The notes below the pieces were generated by a model. It was not told the origin of the DNA. It worked only from the letters and a program-made list of their open reading frames with translations, and made no database searches. This document shows positions 1 through 9,290 of a stretch of 64,000 bases of DNA, one piece after another. The translations under genes were made by a program, and so were the position numbers. Each line of letters begins with the position of its first letter. Position 1 is the first letter of the stretch. The stretch comes from a virus, in the IMG/VR virus record IMGVR_UViG_3300031841_003798, positions 1-64,000 of that record; one strand, written 5' to 3'.

Positions 1-2
1 AC

Positions 3-818
3 CGTGTGGTGAACTTCGAGTTCAACGTTGGTGGCCGCTCCACGAACCTTTGGTACGACTTCGAGGAGTACCAGCACATGCTTCGCTGGAAGGAGGAGTG
101 CGAGCTTGCCTTATGGTACAGCCGTTACAACCGGGATTCTAACGGTCTCATCCACCTCCGTGATGAGAACGGTAAGGCTATCCCGCTCGGTAGCGGTGTG
201 ATTGAGCAGATTCCGAACGTGGATACCTACTCCACGCTGACGGCTGCCAAGCTGAAAGGTGTTGTCCGTGACGCTCTGTACGGAGCTTCCGACGCTTCCC
301 AGATGAACATCGTGCTCTTCACGGGTCTCGGTGGTATGGAAGAGTTTGACAACGCTATGAAGGATGAGCTGGTTAACGCTAGCTACATCAAGAACACCGA
401 CCCGGGTACCTTCGTTGGGGGTAGCGGACGGAACCTGTCTCTTGGTGGATTCTTCACGCAGTACCAGCACATTGATGGACACACCATCACCGTGCGTCAC
501 CTGCCGCTGTTCGATCACGGTGCACGGGCTCTTGCTAGCGAGCGTCACCCGGTTACTGGTCTCCCGATGGAGAGCTACCGGATGATCTTCCTCGACATGA
601 GCACGTACGATGGTCAGAATAACGTGAGCATGATCACCCGGAAGAACCGTGAGTTGGTTCGTTGGGCTGTGGCTGGTGCCACGGTGCCTCCCGGATTCGG
701 TGGTAACGCTCTCCGCGCAACTGACGTGGACGGCAGCGCTGTGCACTTCCTTAAGGAGTGCGGTATCAGCATCCGCCGCGCTACGAACTGCTTGCACCTT
801 GAGTGCATCCGTAGCTAA
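3..818 (+). CDS. Major capsid protein, crAss-like (5' truncated by window)
   Basis: Frame open to window edge; motifs resembling crAss-like MCP C-terminal half (GSGVIEQIP, VLFTGLGGMEEF, ITVRHLPLFD, HPVTGLPMESYRMIFLD); strongly biased C/T-ending codons; followed by strong hairpin. Confidence 0.85.
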   Translation, partial: RVVNFEFNVGGRSTNLWYDFEEYQHMLRWKEECELALWYSRYNRDSNGLIHLRDENGKAIPLGSGVIEQIPNVDTYSTLTAAKLKGVVRDALYGASDASQMNIVLFTGLGGMEEFDNAMKDELVNASYIKNTDPGTFVGGSGRNLSLGGFFTQYQHIDGHTITVRHLPLFDHGARALASERHPVTGLPMESYRMIFLDMSTYDGQNNVSMITRKNRELVRWAVAGATVPPGFGGNALRATDVDGSAVHFLKECGISIRRATNCLHLECIRS

Positions 819-828
819 TAGCTAAACT

Positions 829-871
829 GGATAGGGGGAGGGCACTACAGCTCTCCCCCATATCCTTAATT
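829..871 (+). terminator. Strong hairpin after MCP (leaky terminator or mRNA stabiliser)
   Basis: GGATA-GGGGGAGGGC-actaca-GCTCTCCCCC-ATATCC followed by only a weak T tract (TTAATT). Confidence 0.7.
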
Positions 872-879
872 CAAGTACA

Positions 880-1182
880 ATGGCGGTACGTAAACGACAA
901 AAGTCTATCCGCCGTACTACCAAAGGTAAAGGAGCAAACTACCGCTCGACCAAGTCTGGTGCGGGCATGACAGCAAAAGGAGTACGGGCATATCGGAAAG
1001 CCAACCCTGGCTCTAAACTAAAGACTGCCGTAACCGGCAAAGTCAAGAAAGGATCTAAAGCGGCTAAGCGCCGTAAATCGTATTGCGCTCGCTCTCTGGG
1101 ACAGCTCAAAAGGAGCAGCGCTAAAACCCGTAATAACCCTAACTCGCGGATTCGTCAAGCACGGCGCCGCTGGAAATGCTAA
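880..1182 (+). CDS. Small highly basic protein (DUF6321-like phage family)
   Basis: 100 aa, K/R-rich, no acidic residues; GSKLKTAVT..RRKSYCARS..RRRWKC pattern recalled from aquatic phage small proteins. Confidence 0.7.
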   Translation: MAVRKRQKSIRRTTKGKGANYRSTKSGAGMTAKGVRAYRKANPGSKLKTAVTGKVKKGSKAAKRRKSYCARSLGQLKRSSAKTRNNPNSRIRQARRRWKC

Positions 1183-1189
1183 ATAAATT

Positions 1190-1582
1190 ATGCGCGTACG
1201 TCGAACAAAAACGGTTGAAAACGGAGTCAAAAAAAAGACTCGCACGATTGAAACTAAAAATCGTGGTACCATTACTCGAACCAAAACTAAAAGCAAAGCA
1301 GGTAAAACTAAGTCTACCAAGCGCCGCACGATGACGGGTAGCGTAGACGCCAAAGGCAATACTAGCGTTACCAGTACTACTAACTACCGTACAAAAAGTA
1401 AAAAGGGTAAAGGCAGCGTGTCTAAAACTAAAGGGACAAAAACAGTTACATCCGCTAATCGAGCTGGGATGAGAAAATCTGGCACGCGCGATACGGGCGT
1501 ACAAAAATCCCGTAGTGGCGTATTGTCTAAAAAAACCAAGACTCGCTATGGTTACGGGGGTAAAACTCGTAAAAAGAAGTAA
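1190..1582 (+). CDS. Small K/R/T-rich basic protein
   Basis: 130 aa ORF; TAATG overlap with next ORF; ends RYGYGGKTRKKK. Confidence 0.6.
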   Translation: MRVRRTKTVENGVKKKTRTIETKNRGTITRTKTKSKAGKTKSTKRRTMTGSVDAKGNTSVTSTTNYRTKSKKGKGSVSKTKGTKTVTSANRAGMRKSGTRDTGVQKSRSGVLSKKTKTRYGYGGKTRKKK

Positions 1583-1761
1583 TGGCTAAAAAGAAGAAGA
1601 GCGTATTCAACGGACACCGTTGCGAGTTCCGCAACATGGACGAGGTAGCATTAGGGGTACGCTTTAATGATGAAGGCCAAGGACGTAGGATTTCATCTCC
1701 TGTGTCCAAAGCAAAACATAGACCTAAGAATTGGATTACACCTCCTGACGGACAACAATAA
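1582..1761 (+). CDS. Small basic protein (59 aa, below ORF track cutoff)
   Basis: MAKKKKSVFNGHRCEFRNMDEVALGVRF...WITPPDGQQ*; starts on TAATG overlap and ends 5 nt before next ATG. Confidence 0.6.
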   Translation: MAKKKKSVFNGHRCEFRNMDEVALGVRFNDEGQGRRISSPVSKAKHRPKNWITPPDGQQ

Positions 1762-1766
1762 CTATT

Positions 1767-1961
1767 ATGGCTAAAAAAGCTAAGAAAAAAAAGAAGGGTA
1801 ACAAGCTTTGCGCTCGTGGTATCGCCGCAGCTAAGGCTAAGTACAATGTATACCCTTCAGCTTATGCTAATGGCTATGCCGTCCAAGTGTGTAAAGGCAC
1901 CAAACCTGGTGCAGGTGGTAAGAAGAAAACAGCGAGTGGGTACTCGAAAGGCAAACGATGA
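1767..1961 (+). CDS. Small basic protein
   Basis: KLCARGIAAAKAKYNVYPSAYANGYAVQVCKG; ATGA overlap with next gene. Confidence 0.7.
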   Translation: MAKKAKKKKKGNKLCARGIAAAKAKYNVYPSAYANGYAVQVCKGTKPGAGGKKKTASGYSKGKR

Positions 1962-2239
1962 GCCTCAAGCGCTGGTTTAAAGAGGAGTGGAAAGATGTCC
2001 GTACTGGTAAAGCATGCGGACGTAAGTCGGCGAAAGGCGGGTCCAAGAGACCGTACCCTTACTGTCGTCCAAGCAAGCGTGTTAATTCTAAGACCCCCAA
2101 AACGACCGGTGAAATGTCAGCTTCCGAGAAGCGTCGAAAGGTACGCGAAAAGGTAGCTAAGGGGAACCCTGGTGGCAAACCTACACGGGTGTCACCAGCC
2201 AGACGTAGAAAACGTAAAACCACAAATAAAAAGAAATGA
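1958..2239 (+). CDS. Small basic protein (DUF5872-like)
   Basis: LKRWFKEEWKDV..GKACGR..YPYCRPSKRVNSKTPKT motif; ATGA overlaps both sides. Confidence 0.7.
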   Translation: MSLKRWFKEEWKDVRTGKACGRKSAKGGSKRPYPYCRPSKRVNSKTPKTTGEMSASEKRRKVREKVAKGNPGGKPTRVSPARRRKRKTTNKKK

Positions 2240-3039
2240 GCGAAAAACTCGTTTACCTGTTCCGTCGGGAGAACACTACCAACCTTCCCGATGATGTCTA
2301 TGTTGAAGCCAAGCGGCGTGTTGGCAGTGTATTTGATCGTCAGGGCAACCTTGTTAAGGGGTTGAGCTTAGATGAACAAAAGAAATACTTACCTAATATT
2401 TTAGGTATTGGACCTGCTGATCCTGGTTGGAGTAATGCTGTGCGACGCTTCTACGCTGAGTTAACTATTGAAGTACCTCAGAATGGTGTCGAGCTTGATA
2501 TCTCTTTAGATGAAAATGGCGAGCCCGTTGCTCCGTTAGACTACGTCAAGTTTCGATTTGCAGCTTTACACCCACACGTAGCAGAAGATCAAGATACTGC
2601 AGGTGTTGGTACTCGCTATTACTTCTTTGATCCAGCTAAAGATGAGCGCATTCGTGTGGCAGAAACTCGCCAACGTAAGGACGCATACAAAGCTTTAATC
2701 TTAGTTTGCGAAGACGAAAATAAGATGGACCAAGTGTTGCAAGCTTATGGTAAGCGCACTGCACAGAAGAGCCAGGATCAAAAGGAGTTAATGCTTGAGG
2801 ATCTTATGGATGAAGATCCGAATGAATTTATTCGCGTTTGTGAAGACAAGAACTTAGAGTTCCTTGCTCTCATCAACGAATGTCTTGACGAAAGTGTTTT
2901 GCGAAAGAGCGGAAATACTTATCTTTATGGAGACGAGGTCCTTGGAGAAGACCTAGAGCAAACGGTGCGTCATTTAAAACTGAAGCGTAACAGTGGCATG
3001 CTCCAAGATATTAAAGCCAAGCTTCAAGCTTTTAAATGA
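2236..3039 (+). CDS. Conserved crAss-like protein downstream of MCP (gene 75-like)
   Basis: 267 aa; synteny after MCP; P..PLDYVKFRFA..HPHVA and YLYGDEVLGEDLEQTV.HLK motifs. Confidence 0.65.
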   Translation: MSEKLVYLFRRENTTNLPDDVYVEAKRRVGSVFDRQGNLVKGLSLDEQKKYLPNILGIGPADPGWSNAVRRFYAELTIEVPQNGVELDISLDENGEPVAPLDYVKFRFAALHPHVAEDQDTAGVGTRYYFFDPAKDERIRVAETRQRKDAYKALILVCEDENKMDQVLQAYGKRTAQKSQDQKELMLEDLMDEDPNEFIRVCEDKNLEFLALINECLDESVLRKSGNTYLYGDEVLGEDLEQTVRHLKLKRNSGMLQDIKAKLQAFK

Positions 3040-3045
3040 TCAATT

Positions 3046-4116
3046 ATGCCCAAGCGAAACGGAAAATTTACTGACCACAAAAACCGGCTAGTTCATGTTG
3101 AGAACGAACCGCTTTTAGCGGAGTTCTTAGATCAGTTAAGCGGATCTGGTGGTGAGTTACAAGAAGACTTAACCTGTACCATTGATGGTGGTATTGGTGG
3201 AATCGAAGACAACTTTACCTTTCCTGCAGGTACACCTCTTGAAGACGTACTAATTGCTTTGCTTTCTGGTCAGCCGGAATTGTCCTTAACTGGTTTTGCG
3301 CTGCACTCAGATGATGCTACTAATAGTGCTGCCATCAACACTGGTCAGTCAAATCCTTACGCAGCAGGCACAGAGTTGACTATTGGAAGTATCAAGTTTG
3401 CTATTAGCGATGATGCGGGAGTCATTGGCTCTAACACTGGTACTCTATCTTTTGGAGATGATGGTACGTTAGATGAAGGATCTATTCCGATTCTGACAGG
3501 TACGAACTCGTACGATAGCCCGGCTGATAATACCGTCGGTAAAACGACTTCGACTCTTCCTCTATTGTTGAACAACGCATTTAGGACACAAACAATTAAA
3601 ATCAGCGTGACTACTGATAGCGGACAAACCTTAACTGGAACCAAACAGATCATTCACGCTTTACCGGCGTTTTTGATCAATGTTAATGAATCATCGCTGT
3701 CTGCAGCAATTGTTGAAAGCACTTTTGCTCTCGATCCTACGTTATTGCCTGCATTATTTACCTCTCCAAATACAATAATTAGCACTGTAACTAAAGTCGA
3801 CGCTGTAGCCGATTATCGCGAAGTGTGGGCTAATACAGAGACAGACTGGACGGCATATCCAGCAGGAACTGTTCGTCACTATTTTATGATTCCTGCAGTA
3901 AATCCGGCACAACCTGGTAGTACGCTTACTTATACTATTGGCGGCACACCTGGTAGCTCTGACTTTACCACTATTGGACTAGCCAACTTTGACATGAGTC
4001 CCACTGGATTCAACTTAATCGATGACCCGGGAGCATCTGCTGTTCCTTACCGCTTGCATTACTTCAATAATCTAAGCTCTATTACAGCAACTTCTACCGC
4101 AATTGAACTTACCTAA
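3046..4116 (+). CDS. Putative virion fibre/decoration protein
   Basis: T/S/G-rich beta protein; TFPAGTPLEDVLIALL motif shared with 9290-10636. Confidence 0.5.
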   Translation: MPKRNGKFTDHKNRLVHVENEPLLAEFLDQLSGSGGELQEDLTCTIDGGIGGIEDNFTFPAGTPLEDVLIALLSGQPELSLTGFALHSDDATNSAAINTGQSNPYAAGTELTIGSIKFAISDDAGVIGSNTGTLSFGDDGTLDEGSIPILTGTNSYDSPADNTVGKTTSTLPLLLNNAFRTQTIKISVTTDSGQTLTGTKQIIHALPAFLINVNESSLSAAIVESTFALDPTLLPALFTSPNTIISTVTKVDAVADYREVWANTETDWTAYPAGTVRHYFMIPAVNPAQPGSTLTYTIGGTPGSSDFTTIGLANFDMSPTGFNLIDDPGASAVPYRLHYFNNLSSITATSTAIELT

Positions 4117-5363
4117 TGGCTGTTAATTTTCCCACTAACCTGAGCACAGGCGCAGGTTCCGTTCATACGTTAGTCGATCTGCGCGAAAACAAAGTGCAGG
4201 GTATTGGCTTCTTTGATACTCTCATTGAAGCGCAGAGTCTTAATGCAAACCAACGTTGCTTAGGATACTTAGCTATTGTATCCAACGGTGTTGATGCTGG
4301 TACTTTGTATCAGTTTACAGGCACGAGTGTAGATAGCTGGGCAAGTAATGACTCCTGGTCTGCTTTAGGAACTACGGAGCCTACTACAACTACTGCAGCG
4401 CGTGTGCTTCATCACAACTTAAGCACTACGGTTAATTTGGCTCAAACGACTGCAACTGTAGATGGCGGAGAGGTTCAGATTTTACAACCTGGAACAATCG
4501 TTGCAGGCAGTGTGCCAAAAGAATTAGAACTCCGGTTTGATGGAGCTGAAACTTTTGGTTACAAAGTAGATGGTGGCGCAAATCCTTTCTTTGTACAACC
4601 TGAGTTTACGAGAGACTTGATGGCAACTGCTACCAATACTTTTACTCAGGTCGATGGATCAACGCCACTTACTAGCTGTGTTATTACCGGCACTGTAACT
4701 GTCGGAGATACGGTTATTACTATTGGTAATGCTGATACCAATACAGGCAAGTTCGATGGCTTAAATGCTACAGATAGTGCGGCGTTGCTTGCAGGTACGT
4801 GGGACGGTACAAACAATCCAGTTTTAGCCTCATTGTTGCAAAACATTTTTACCAGCGCTACTTACAATACAGATGCTACAGGGGGCAGCTTTGCCACACG
4901 ATTAGCCTATACGCCATTAGTTCCTATTCAAGCTGAGAATAGTACATATGTCTATGTGCATTTTAATGCATCAGCATATGCAAGTGCAGCTATTGCTCCT
5001 AGTGCTTTACAAGACGGCTCTAACTATACTGTTGTACATAACGGTACGGGAGATCCTCACATTGGATTGTATGCATGGTTATACGAAGGGGGTGTCCAGA
5101 ATGACGAAGTGTTAATCGGGTTACAAAGCCCGTCGCTTCAATCACTTCCTGACGTTCGAGGTGCTAATGTTGGCCCTACAGGAGCCTTATCTGTTGCCGA
5201 CCGAATCAATACGTTAGAAGACTTAGAAAAACTGCGTATTAAGTTAAAGCTTAGCGACGCAGCTGTTGACGCAATTATCGATGAGGTAAACAGCGCAAAC
5301 CATTCCGCTACCTGGAAGGATTGTAAGCTTAAGGTGGACATCGGTATTACAATTACACAATGA
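4116..5363 (+). CDS. Putative virion fibre protein
   Basis: N-terminal V.GIGFFD domain shared with 10633-13017; T/A/G-rich. Confidence 0.5.
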   Translation: MAVNFPTNLSTGAGSVHTLVDLRENKVQGIGFFDTLIEAQSLNANQRCLGYLAIVSNGVDAGTLYQFTGTSVDSWASNDSWSALGTTEPTTTTAARVLHHNLSTTVNLAQTTATVDGGEVQILQPGTIVAGSVPKELELRFDGAETFGYKVDGGANPFFVQPEFTRDLMATATNTFTQVDGSTPLTSCVITGTVTVGDTVITIGNADTNTGKFDGLNATDSAALLAGTWDGTNNPVLASLLQNIFTSATYNTDATGGSFATRLAYTPLVPIQAENSTYVYVHFNASAYASAAIAPSALQDGSNYTVVHNGTGDPHIGLYAWLYEGGVQNDEVLIGLQSPSLQSLPDVRGANVGPTGALSVADRINTLEDLEKLRIKLKLSDAAVDAIIDEVNSANHSATWKDCKLKVDIGITITQ

Positions 5364-6049
5364 CCGTACAAGAGCTACATTATGCTGTTGATCAAGGTTT
5401 ACAGAAAGTAGGAAGCTATGCATATGATAACTTCCTTGAGGACGAGATTGACTATTGGCTTAATCGCGCTCAAGAACGTTTTGTTAAAGGTCGGGCATTT
5501 GCACATTCTGATGTAAAGGGCTTGGGCTTTGTCGCTAACCAAAAGCGGTTAGATGACTTACGTGAGATTTTAGCAATTAACTACACTGACGACGTTGCAG
5601 CGCAAGTCGGTGCTGATTCTCAACAATATGACTTGCCAGTCGATTACATGTTTTTGGTCAACTTACGGGCCCGCATTTACCGTAATCGTTGCCAGCCTGC
5701 TGATACTAGTGGCCCCTTGTTTACAGTGCCTGTACGCATTGTAAATAACATGGAGGTATACTTCCTGCAACAGGATCCGTTCTCGCGTAGTCAGATTGAT
5801 ACGCCTTTAGCTACCTTAAATGAGACCGACATTACGGTGTTTCAAGACAACGAAAGTTTTATATTAGAAGGGATCTCGCTAGATTATATTAGGACGCCAC
5901 AAGAAATTGACTTACAATTAAATCAGACGAGCGAGTTGGCTGATCATACACACCAGGAGATAGTAGATATTGCCGTTAAGAATATTCTGGAGGCAATTGA
6001 GTCTCCACGGTACCAGAGCAGTTCCATCGAGCTTTCTCAATCTGAATAA
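5360..6049 (+). CDS. Tail ring/adaptor protein (crAss gene 73-like)
   Basis: EIDYWLNRAQ..F, QKRLDDLR, LPVDYMFLV, YIRTP, ELADHTHQEIVDIAV motifs typical of crAss ring proteins. Confidence 0.75.
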   Translation: MTVQELHYAVDQGLQKVGSYAYDNFLEDEIDYWLNRAQERFVKGRAFAHSDVKGLGFVANQKRLDDLREILAINYTDDVAAQVGADSQQYDLPVDYMFLVNLRARIYRNRCQPADTSGPLFTVPVRIVNNMEVYFLQQDPFSRSQIDTPLATLNETDITVFQDNESFILEGISLDYIRTPQEIDLQLNQTSELADHTHQEIVDIAVKNILEAIESPRYQSSSIELSQSE

Positions 6050-6068
6050 CCTATAATACCTATATACC

Positions 6069-6839
6069 ATGGCTAATACCAAAAAGAGCCTTCGCATTAT
6101 GAGCTCCGTTGCGTTAAACGGCGCAATCGATGTAAATGGCGATGCTGCTGTTATTACTCTCGCTGAAATGGGAGCAACCGTTGATGGAACTTCTGGCTTA
6201 ATTGCTGGATCCTACGTTGACAATTACAACGCAGGAACTGAAGGTGTCATTGTCGTTGACTACAATGGCGTTGCGAGCGGCGAAGAATTTTACTTAACTG
6301 TTATTGACGTTACTGATGGTCGGGAAAAGTTCCCGCGGCGGACGTTCACTGGAACTACTATTACGGAACTGATTGCTAATTCTGACGGTAAAGAAATTCT
6401 TGCCGGCGATGGAGGCATTATTGACGTGGCTGCTGACGGATCCTCAACGACTGCAATTACAGTGACTATGCCGCTCGGTCGTTTATTCCGAGTTGCTGCC
6501 AATGACGGTAGTGCTCAAACTTATGATGGAGGTGCAGGAAATTCGTCTGTGCTGGCCGTTTTACCGCAGGGTTTCAACAATGAACAGGCTAAGCAATACG
6601 CTTTAGACTTTATTGCTGACCAGTATGGCCGGACTAACCGCGTTGGTTTCCCCATCGTCGAGCCCAATGTTGCTACAGCTTTAGGAACTGCGGACTACGA
6701 TCTTCACGTGGTTAAAAAAGTGTCTGAAGTAAAGTTTGACAAGAATACGGGCGCTAGCTACCAAGATGTAGAGGAGTTTCACTTCTTGTTCGACGAGAGT
6801 GTTGCTATTGCTTCCGGTACTCCGATTGCCGATAGCTGA
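6069..6839 (+). CDS. Structural protein, probable auxiliary capsid protein (gene 74-like position)
   Basis: Synteny after ring gene; followed by strong terminator, as expected for an abundant structural gene. Confidence 0.5.
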   Translation: MANTKKSLRIMSSVALNGAIDVNGDAAVITLAEMGATVDGTSGLIAGSYVDNYNAGTEGVIVVDYNGVASGEEFYLTVIDVTDGREKFPRRTFTGTTITELIANSDGKEILAGDGGIIDVAADGSSTTAITVTMPLGRLFRVAANDGSAQTYDGGAGNSSVLAVLPQGFNNEQAKQYALDFIADQYGRTNRVGFPIVEPNVATALGTADYDLHVVKKVSEVKFDKNTGASYQDVEEFHFLFDESVAIASGTPIADS

Positions 6840-6858
6840 TCATTTTTACTAATCATTG

Positions 6859-6898
6859 AAAGGGGGGTGGGGGATAGCTCTACCCCCCTTTTTTATTT
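6859..6898 (+). terminator. Rho-independent terminator
   Basis: AAAGGGGGGTGGGG..CTCTACCCCCC followed by TTTTTTATTT. Confidence 0.85.
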
Positions 6899-6906
6899 AA
6901 TACGTT

Positions 6907-7515
6907 ATGCCTCAAACATTTACACGTTTTGTAAACCCTTCAACTTCTGTTATTGCTGGCACAATCTTTACGAATCAACAAGATGTAGTAATCACGTTTG
7001 AAACGTTTTTTACTTTTCCAGATTTTACATCTCTGTATGTTGCAGATAACGTTCCCTTCGCTGCTAGTATTGGATTTACTACGACTAATGTAGTAGTGAC
7101 TTCAACTACACTTTTAGCAGAATTAAGTGATCCAACTAATGGGGTTTATACCGCGTTTGATGGTACAGGATTAGCGTGGACGGCAACTTCTTTACCTGAG
7201 GGATTATATCATTATGCCTTAGAGACAGGGTCTGGATCAAACGAGTATGAAAGTCAATACTTACTTGTAATTCCTACTATTGAAGGCGCAATTATAACAT
7301 TGGCTGAACAGCTTCAAGAGTCACAGTGTAATTGTAAGTTAAACGCTAGCTTACGAGACAAGTTTGTCAAGGCTTTAGGTTTATTAGAATTGATCCGAGA
7401 GCGTGTTAAAACAGCTCCAACTGCGTTTAATCAAGATTTCTACACTGAAGTCAACGCTGATATTCAAGTATTATCTGACTTTTTAGAAGGCACTAATCCT
7501 GTATGCGGATGTTAA
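6907..7515 (+). CDS. Putative tail hub/structural protein
   Basis: LPEGLYHY Ig-like segment, CNC and terminal CGC; synteny. Confidence 0.5.
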   Translation: MPQTFTRFVNPSTSVIAGTIFTNQQDVVITFETFFTFPDFTSLYVADNVPFAASIGFTTTNVVVTSTTLLAELSDPTNGVYTAFDGTGLAWTATSLPEGLYHYALETGSGSNEYESQYLLVIPTIEGAIITLAEQLQESQCNCKLNASLRDKFVKALGLLELIRERVKTAPTAFNQDFYTEVNADIQVLSDFLEGTNPVCGC

Positions 7516-7658
7516 AATATAATTTTAATCCAACTCCAGGTGCTAACTGGAATACTTCCTCAGTAAGGTCTACAGTACGAGCAATTATTAAGCTTGACCT
7601 TATGGAGGCTAATTACATGGTCGGTCTTTTAGCTGACATCAAACTTTACTATAAGTAG
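7509..7658 (+). CDS. Small hypothetical protein (49 aa)
   Basis: MLKYNFNPTPGANW...KLYYK*; overlaps upstream stop; not in ORF track. Confidence 0.4.
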   Translation: MLKYNFNPTPGANWNTSSVRSTVRAIIKLDLMEANYMVGLLADIKLYYK

Positions 7659-7670
7659 TCTTAAGTCTAT

Positions 7671-7690
7671 ATGTCTTATATTAATGTGAG
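7671..7690 (+). promoter_or_regulatory. Candidate phage promoter, copy 1
   Basis: ATGTCTTATATTAATGTGAG, 18/20 identical to 21516-21535; intergenic, 11 nt before ATG. Confidence 0.5.
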
Positions 7691-7701
7691 TTCTACCTCA
7701 C

Positions 7702-8949
7702 ATGAAGCTGAATGATATTATACGGCAATACGTTGCCGATTGGCCTTCTGAGAGTAATCGAAAGTTGGCCACGCTCATTCTAGAGCAAGAAGATACAGTA
7801 GAAGTAAAGCATCGTACTCTGAGGCGTAAGATCTCTGAGTACAAAGCAGCATCTACAAACCCACAGCATCGCATGCATCAGCAGGTTACGCGCACTCAGA
7901 ACGACGGTAAGACAGAACTATCTTATCGTGGCTCTCGTAGTATTACTACACTCGATGAAGCGATAGCGTTCTTTGAAGTCGATACCAATAAATGGGAAGT
8001 CCAGAGTTGGACTGCTAACAGTTGGGATACTGGGGTATCTACGAATTACCAAGTAAAGCTCAAACTAGTACCACGGCTGAATGTATCTGGATACTCTATC
8101 GAAGAGTTGATGGATTCATATCAAGACGTGGTACAGGAGTTTAAACCACGGGTAGTTCAGGGCTCCGGTACTGGCGTACTTGTGATTGCTGACATGCATG
8201 TAGGCGCTAAGGTGAAGGACCTTCAGTTAACTGATGATTTTAGCTATGATGTAATTGTCAGTCGATTGGATCAAGCTGCTCGTCAGATTAACCACCGCAA
8301 GTACGAAACCGTAGAGCTTGTCTTGTTAGGCGACTTTATTGAATCTTTTACTGGGCTCAATCATCCTAACACTTGGCAAGAGTTAGAATACGGTGGCTAC
8401 GGATCAAACGTAGTGATCATGGCCTATAAGATCTTACGCGACTTTCTAGATAAGATCCATAACCTGGGAGCCATCACCGTAATCAGCGGTAACCATGACC
8501 GTACCAGCATCAAGACTGACCTTGATCCTCGGGGCGGAGTTGCTCAGCTTTTAGCTTTCATGTTACAACAGAGTAATGATTCTTTGTCTGTAACATGGGA
8601 TCCCATGTTGGTATCCAAAGAGATCGACGGTATACAGTATATCATGACGCATAACCATTTAGGTGTAGCTAAGAATGATATGGCTAAAGTGTTTTGGGAG
8701 TATGGAGCACAAGGTGTATACAATATTTTATTAGGAGGCCATTGGCATAGCCGTCGAGGGAAGAAGCAGTATAGGCAGGTAGACCAAGTGTATTGGGATC
8801 AAGCAAACTATCGAGCACTAAGCGTAGCACCCTTGTTTACAGGAAACTTCTACAGCGAATCAAGTGGCTGGACTAGCTCTAGCGGAATTACAATCATCGA
8901 AAACAACGGGGCTGGAAAGCCGAACGTTTACGACATAACTCTTATGTAA
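7702..8949 (+). CDS. Calcineurin-like metallophosphoesterase with N-terminal HTH-like region
   Basis: ADMHVG, LGDFIE, SGNHDR, THNH, GGHWHS motifs. Confidence 0.85.
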   Translation: MKLNDIIRQYVADWPSESNRKLATLILEQEDTVEVKHRTLRRKISEYKAASTNPQHRMHQQVTRTQNDGKTELSYRGSRSITTLDEAIAFFEVDTNKWEVQSWTANSWDTGVSTNYQVKLKLVPRLNVSGYSIEELMDSYQDVVQEFKPRVVQGSGTGVLVIADMHVGAKVKDLQLTDDFSYDVIVSRLDQAARQINHRKYETVELVLLGDFIESFTGLNHPNTWQELEYGGYGSNVVIMAYKILRDFLDKIHNLGAITVISGNHDRTSIKTDLDPRGGVAQLLAFMLQQSNDSLSVTWDPMLVSKEIDGIQYIMTHNHLGVAKNDMAKVFWEYGAQGVYNILLGGHWHSRRGKKQYRQVDQVYWDQANYRALSVAPLFTGNFYSESSGWTSSSGITIIENNGAGKPNVYDITLM

Positions 8950-9290
8950 TGGCAGCTGGCACTTACAATATTACTGCAGAGAAGAATCAAGACTTAGTAG
9001 TCAATATCACCTATAAGGATGATGCTGATGCTACAATCGATTTATCTGGCAGCACAATCAACTTGACCATCAAGGATAATGCTGCAGATGTTACTGCATC
9101 TCTCACTAAGGACCTAACTGCAGAGGTAGGTAACGACTTAGCTAATGGCTTGTTTGTCATTAAACTCACGACTGCAGAGATTAATGCATTTACCTTCCCT
9201 CAAGGTATCTACTATATTGATCTTACCGGAAATCCTGAACTTCGACTGTTAGAAGGGAAGATTCAGATTAACGATAACAGTGCGTACTGA
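8949..9290 (+). CDS. Small Ig-fold tail/fibre-associated protein (BppU-N-like)
   Basis: IDLSGSTINLTIKD..GLFVIKLT..GIYYIDL..RLLEGKIQI pattern. Confidence 0.6.
   Translation: MAAGTYNITAEKNQDLVVNITYKDDADATIDLSGSTINLTIKDNAADVTASLTKDLTAEVGNDLANGLFVIKLTTAEINAFTFPQGIYYIDLTGNPELRLLEGKIQINDNSAY

Noticed and set aside
111-797. 228-aa antisense ORF over MCP (and similar shadows over rIIA/rIIB, SSB, RNAP)
   Set aside because: Explained by codon bias of the sense gene; no motifs and no independent start context
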